Below, piece by piece: positions 8,289 through 9,258 of a stretch of 9,258 nucleotides of DNA. The notes beneath the pieces are model-generated. The model searched no databases, was not told where the DNA came from, and saw only the letters and a list, made by a program, of their open reading frames with translations. Location: positions 673,569-682,826 of the forward strand of contig BCKQ01000009.1 in the NCBI GenBank assembly GCA_001600695.1. The letters are read 5' to 3'. The position numbers were made by a program, and so were the translations under genes. Source of the DNA: Ascoidea asiatica JCM 7603 (Eukaryota > Fungi > Ascomycota). Every line of letters starts with the position of its first letter. Positions within the stretch are counted from its first letter, which is position 1.

Positions 8289-8330
8289 TCTTCAAAAAGA
8301 AGGTGTAAAAAAGTATTATAAGAAAAGAGT

Positions 8331-8375
8331 ATATAAGTATAGAATATATAAGTATAGAATATATAAGTATAGAAT
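8331..8375. repeat. (ATATAAGTATAGAAT)3 tandem repeat
   Basis: Three perfect 15-bp copies. Confidence 0.88.
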
Positions 8376-8662
8376 ATTTCTTGAATATACTTTATAATAA
8401 GTTAAAATAAGTGAGGAATTATAAAATCAATAATGAATGACATTTTTATATGGAAAATAAGACTGTATATGTTCTAGACTTGCTCACTCACTCACTCACT
8501 CATTTCTTTTCAGGTCTTCATTCTTTCCATATTGCTTTATGGTATTTTAATACTCTTTTAAATTTTCTTTATATTGTTATTTGAAGATAAAGTTATCATT
8601 TCTTCACTCCTTTATTTATTTCTTCACTTATTTATTTCTTGTTTTCAGTTCAAAGCTTATTC

Positions 8663-8757
8663 AAAACTCGAGTTTTTATTAAAAAAAAGAAGGCCCGCGG
8701 AAATGGTTTTAACGCAGTCACATGACCGTTTTAAAGTTTAGAATTATCCTATAAAAG
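8663..8757. promoter_or_regulatory. Second promoter-like motif cluster with no adjacent annotated start
   Basis: Palindrome AAAACTCGAGTTTT 8663-8676, poly-A tract, CCGCGG 8695-8700, GTCACATGAC 8717-8726, TATAAAAG 8750-8757. Confidence 0.45.
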
Positions 8758-8915
8758 AAGGTTTACTGCAGTATTTTAGCATTGTGTAATAAATACATTA
8801 TAAATACTAAGGCATATATTATATATTATATATTATATATTATATTATATATAAAATGAAATAATTAAAATATATTAACAATAATAAAAGCTTTAAAAAA
8901 ATAGTTCATTAAATC

Positions 8916-8920
<5 letters not shown>

Positions 8921-8944
<24 letters not shown>
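8921..8944 (-). repeat. (TAA)8 microsatellite beginning at the GLN4 stop codon
   Basis: Plus strand reads (TTA)8, in frame with GLN4. Confidence 0.9.
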
Positions 8945-8946
<2 letters not shown>

Positions 8947-9258
8947 TCTTACCAGAATCTTCTTTTAATGAAACAATCCTATTAAGAATTAATTTATCAT
9001 TTTTAGAATCTTTATCAACACAAAAATATCCAACTCTTAAAGCTTGAAATCTTATATTTTCTGGAGATCCTTTTAATTCATTAACATGAAATTCTTCACC
9101 TTTAACAGGAATATTATATGGACTTTCATTTTGAATTTTTAAAAATGATGGTTCAATAATTGAATTTTTATAAATTTCTTCTGAAATTTCATTAATATCT
9201 GATAAAAATCCATCAATATTACTTGAAGGATTATCTGATTTAAATAATTGTTTATAAA
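8942..9258 (-). CDS. GLN4: Glutaminyl-tRNA synthetase, C-terminal 104 aa (5' part lies outside the window)
   Basis: Manual translation from 9256: YKQLFKSDNPSSNIDGFLSDINEISEEIYKNSIIE...[36 protein letters not shown]. This matches the Gln4 anticodon-binding C-terminus (FQxxRVGYF, [8 protein letters not shown]). The track missed it because there is no ATG in the window. Confidence 0.95.

Noticed and set aside
8281-8420. Point centromere (CDEI GTCACGTG followed by AT-rich DNA); same idea for 8717 and 1284
   Set aside because: No CDEIII-like TGT...TTCCGAA element at a suitable distance. AT-richness is genome-wide, and the sites sit in promoter-like contexts.
165-9258. Apparent lack of CTG codons as a sign of a CUG-reassigned yeast clade
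   Set aside because: Nearly all G/C-ending codons are avoided here, so CTG scarcity is uninformative in this small sample.

Overview
Very AT-rich (roughly 80% AT by eye) eukaryotic DNA, most consistent with a budding yeast (Saccharomycotina). It holds six housekeeping genes. (1) SMX2/SmG (+), whose first exon and 97-nt intron are missed by the ORF track. (2) GNA1 (-), convergent with SMX2 and only 25 bp away. (3) A Pal1-family endocytosis/morphology gene (+). (4) NNR1, NAD(P)HX epimerase (+). (5) A strongly Asn-expanded DASH/Dam1-complex subunit ASK1 (-). (6) The 3' end of glutaminyl-tRNA synthetase GLN4 (-), also absent from the ORF track. Intergenic DNA is microsatellite-rich, with small GC-rich islands carrying Cbf1-type (RTCACRTG) and related GTGAC motifs. 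The most unusual signal is at NNR1: an in-frame 141-aa N-terminal extension starting with a signal-peptide/signal-anchor-like segment, an ATG-free spacer to the canonical start, and a short uORF just upstream, which together suggest translationally controlled isoforms. A second lead is an orphan promoter-like island plus a long hairpin between ASK1 and GLN4. No mobile element, CRISPR array, tRNA or rRNA is supported. Protein identifications rest on recalled family motifs, not on database searches.
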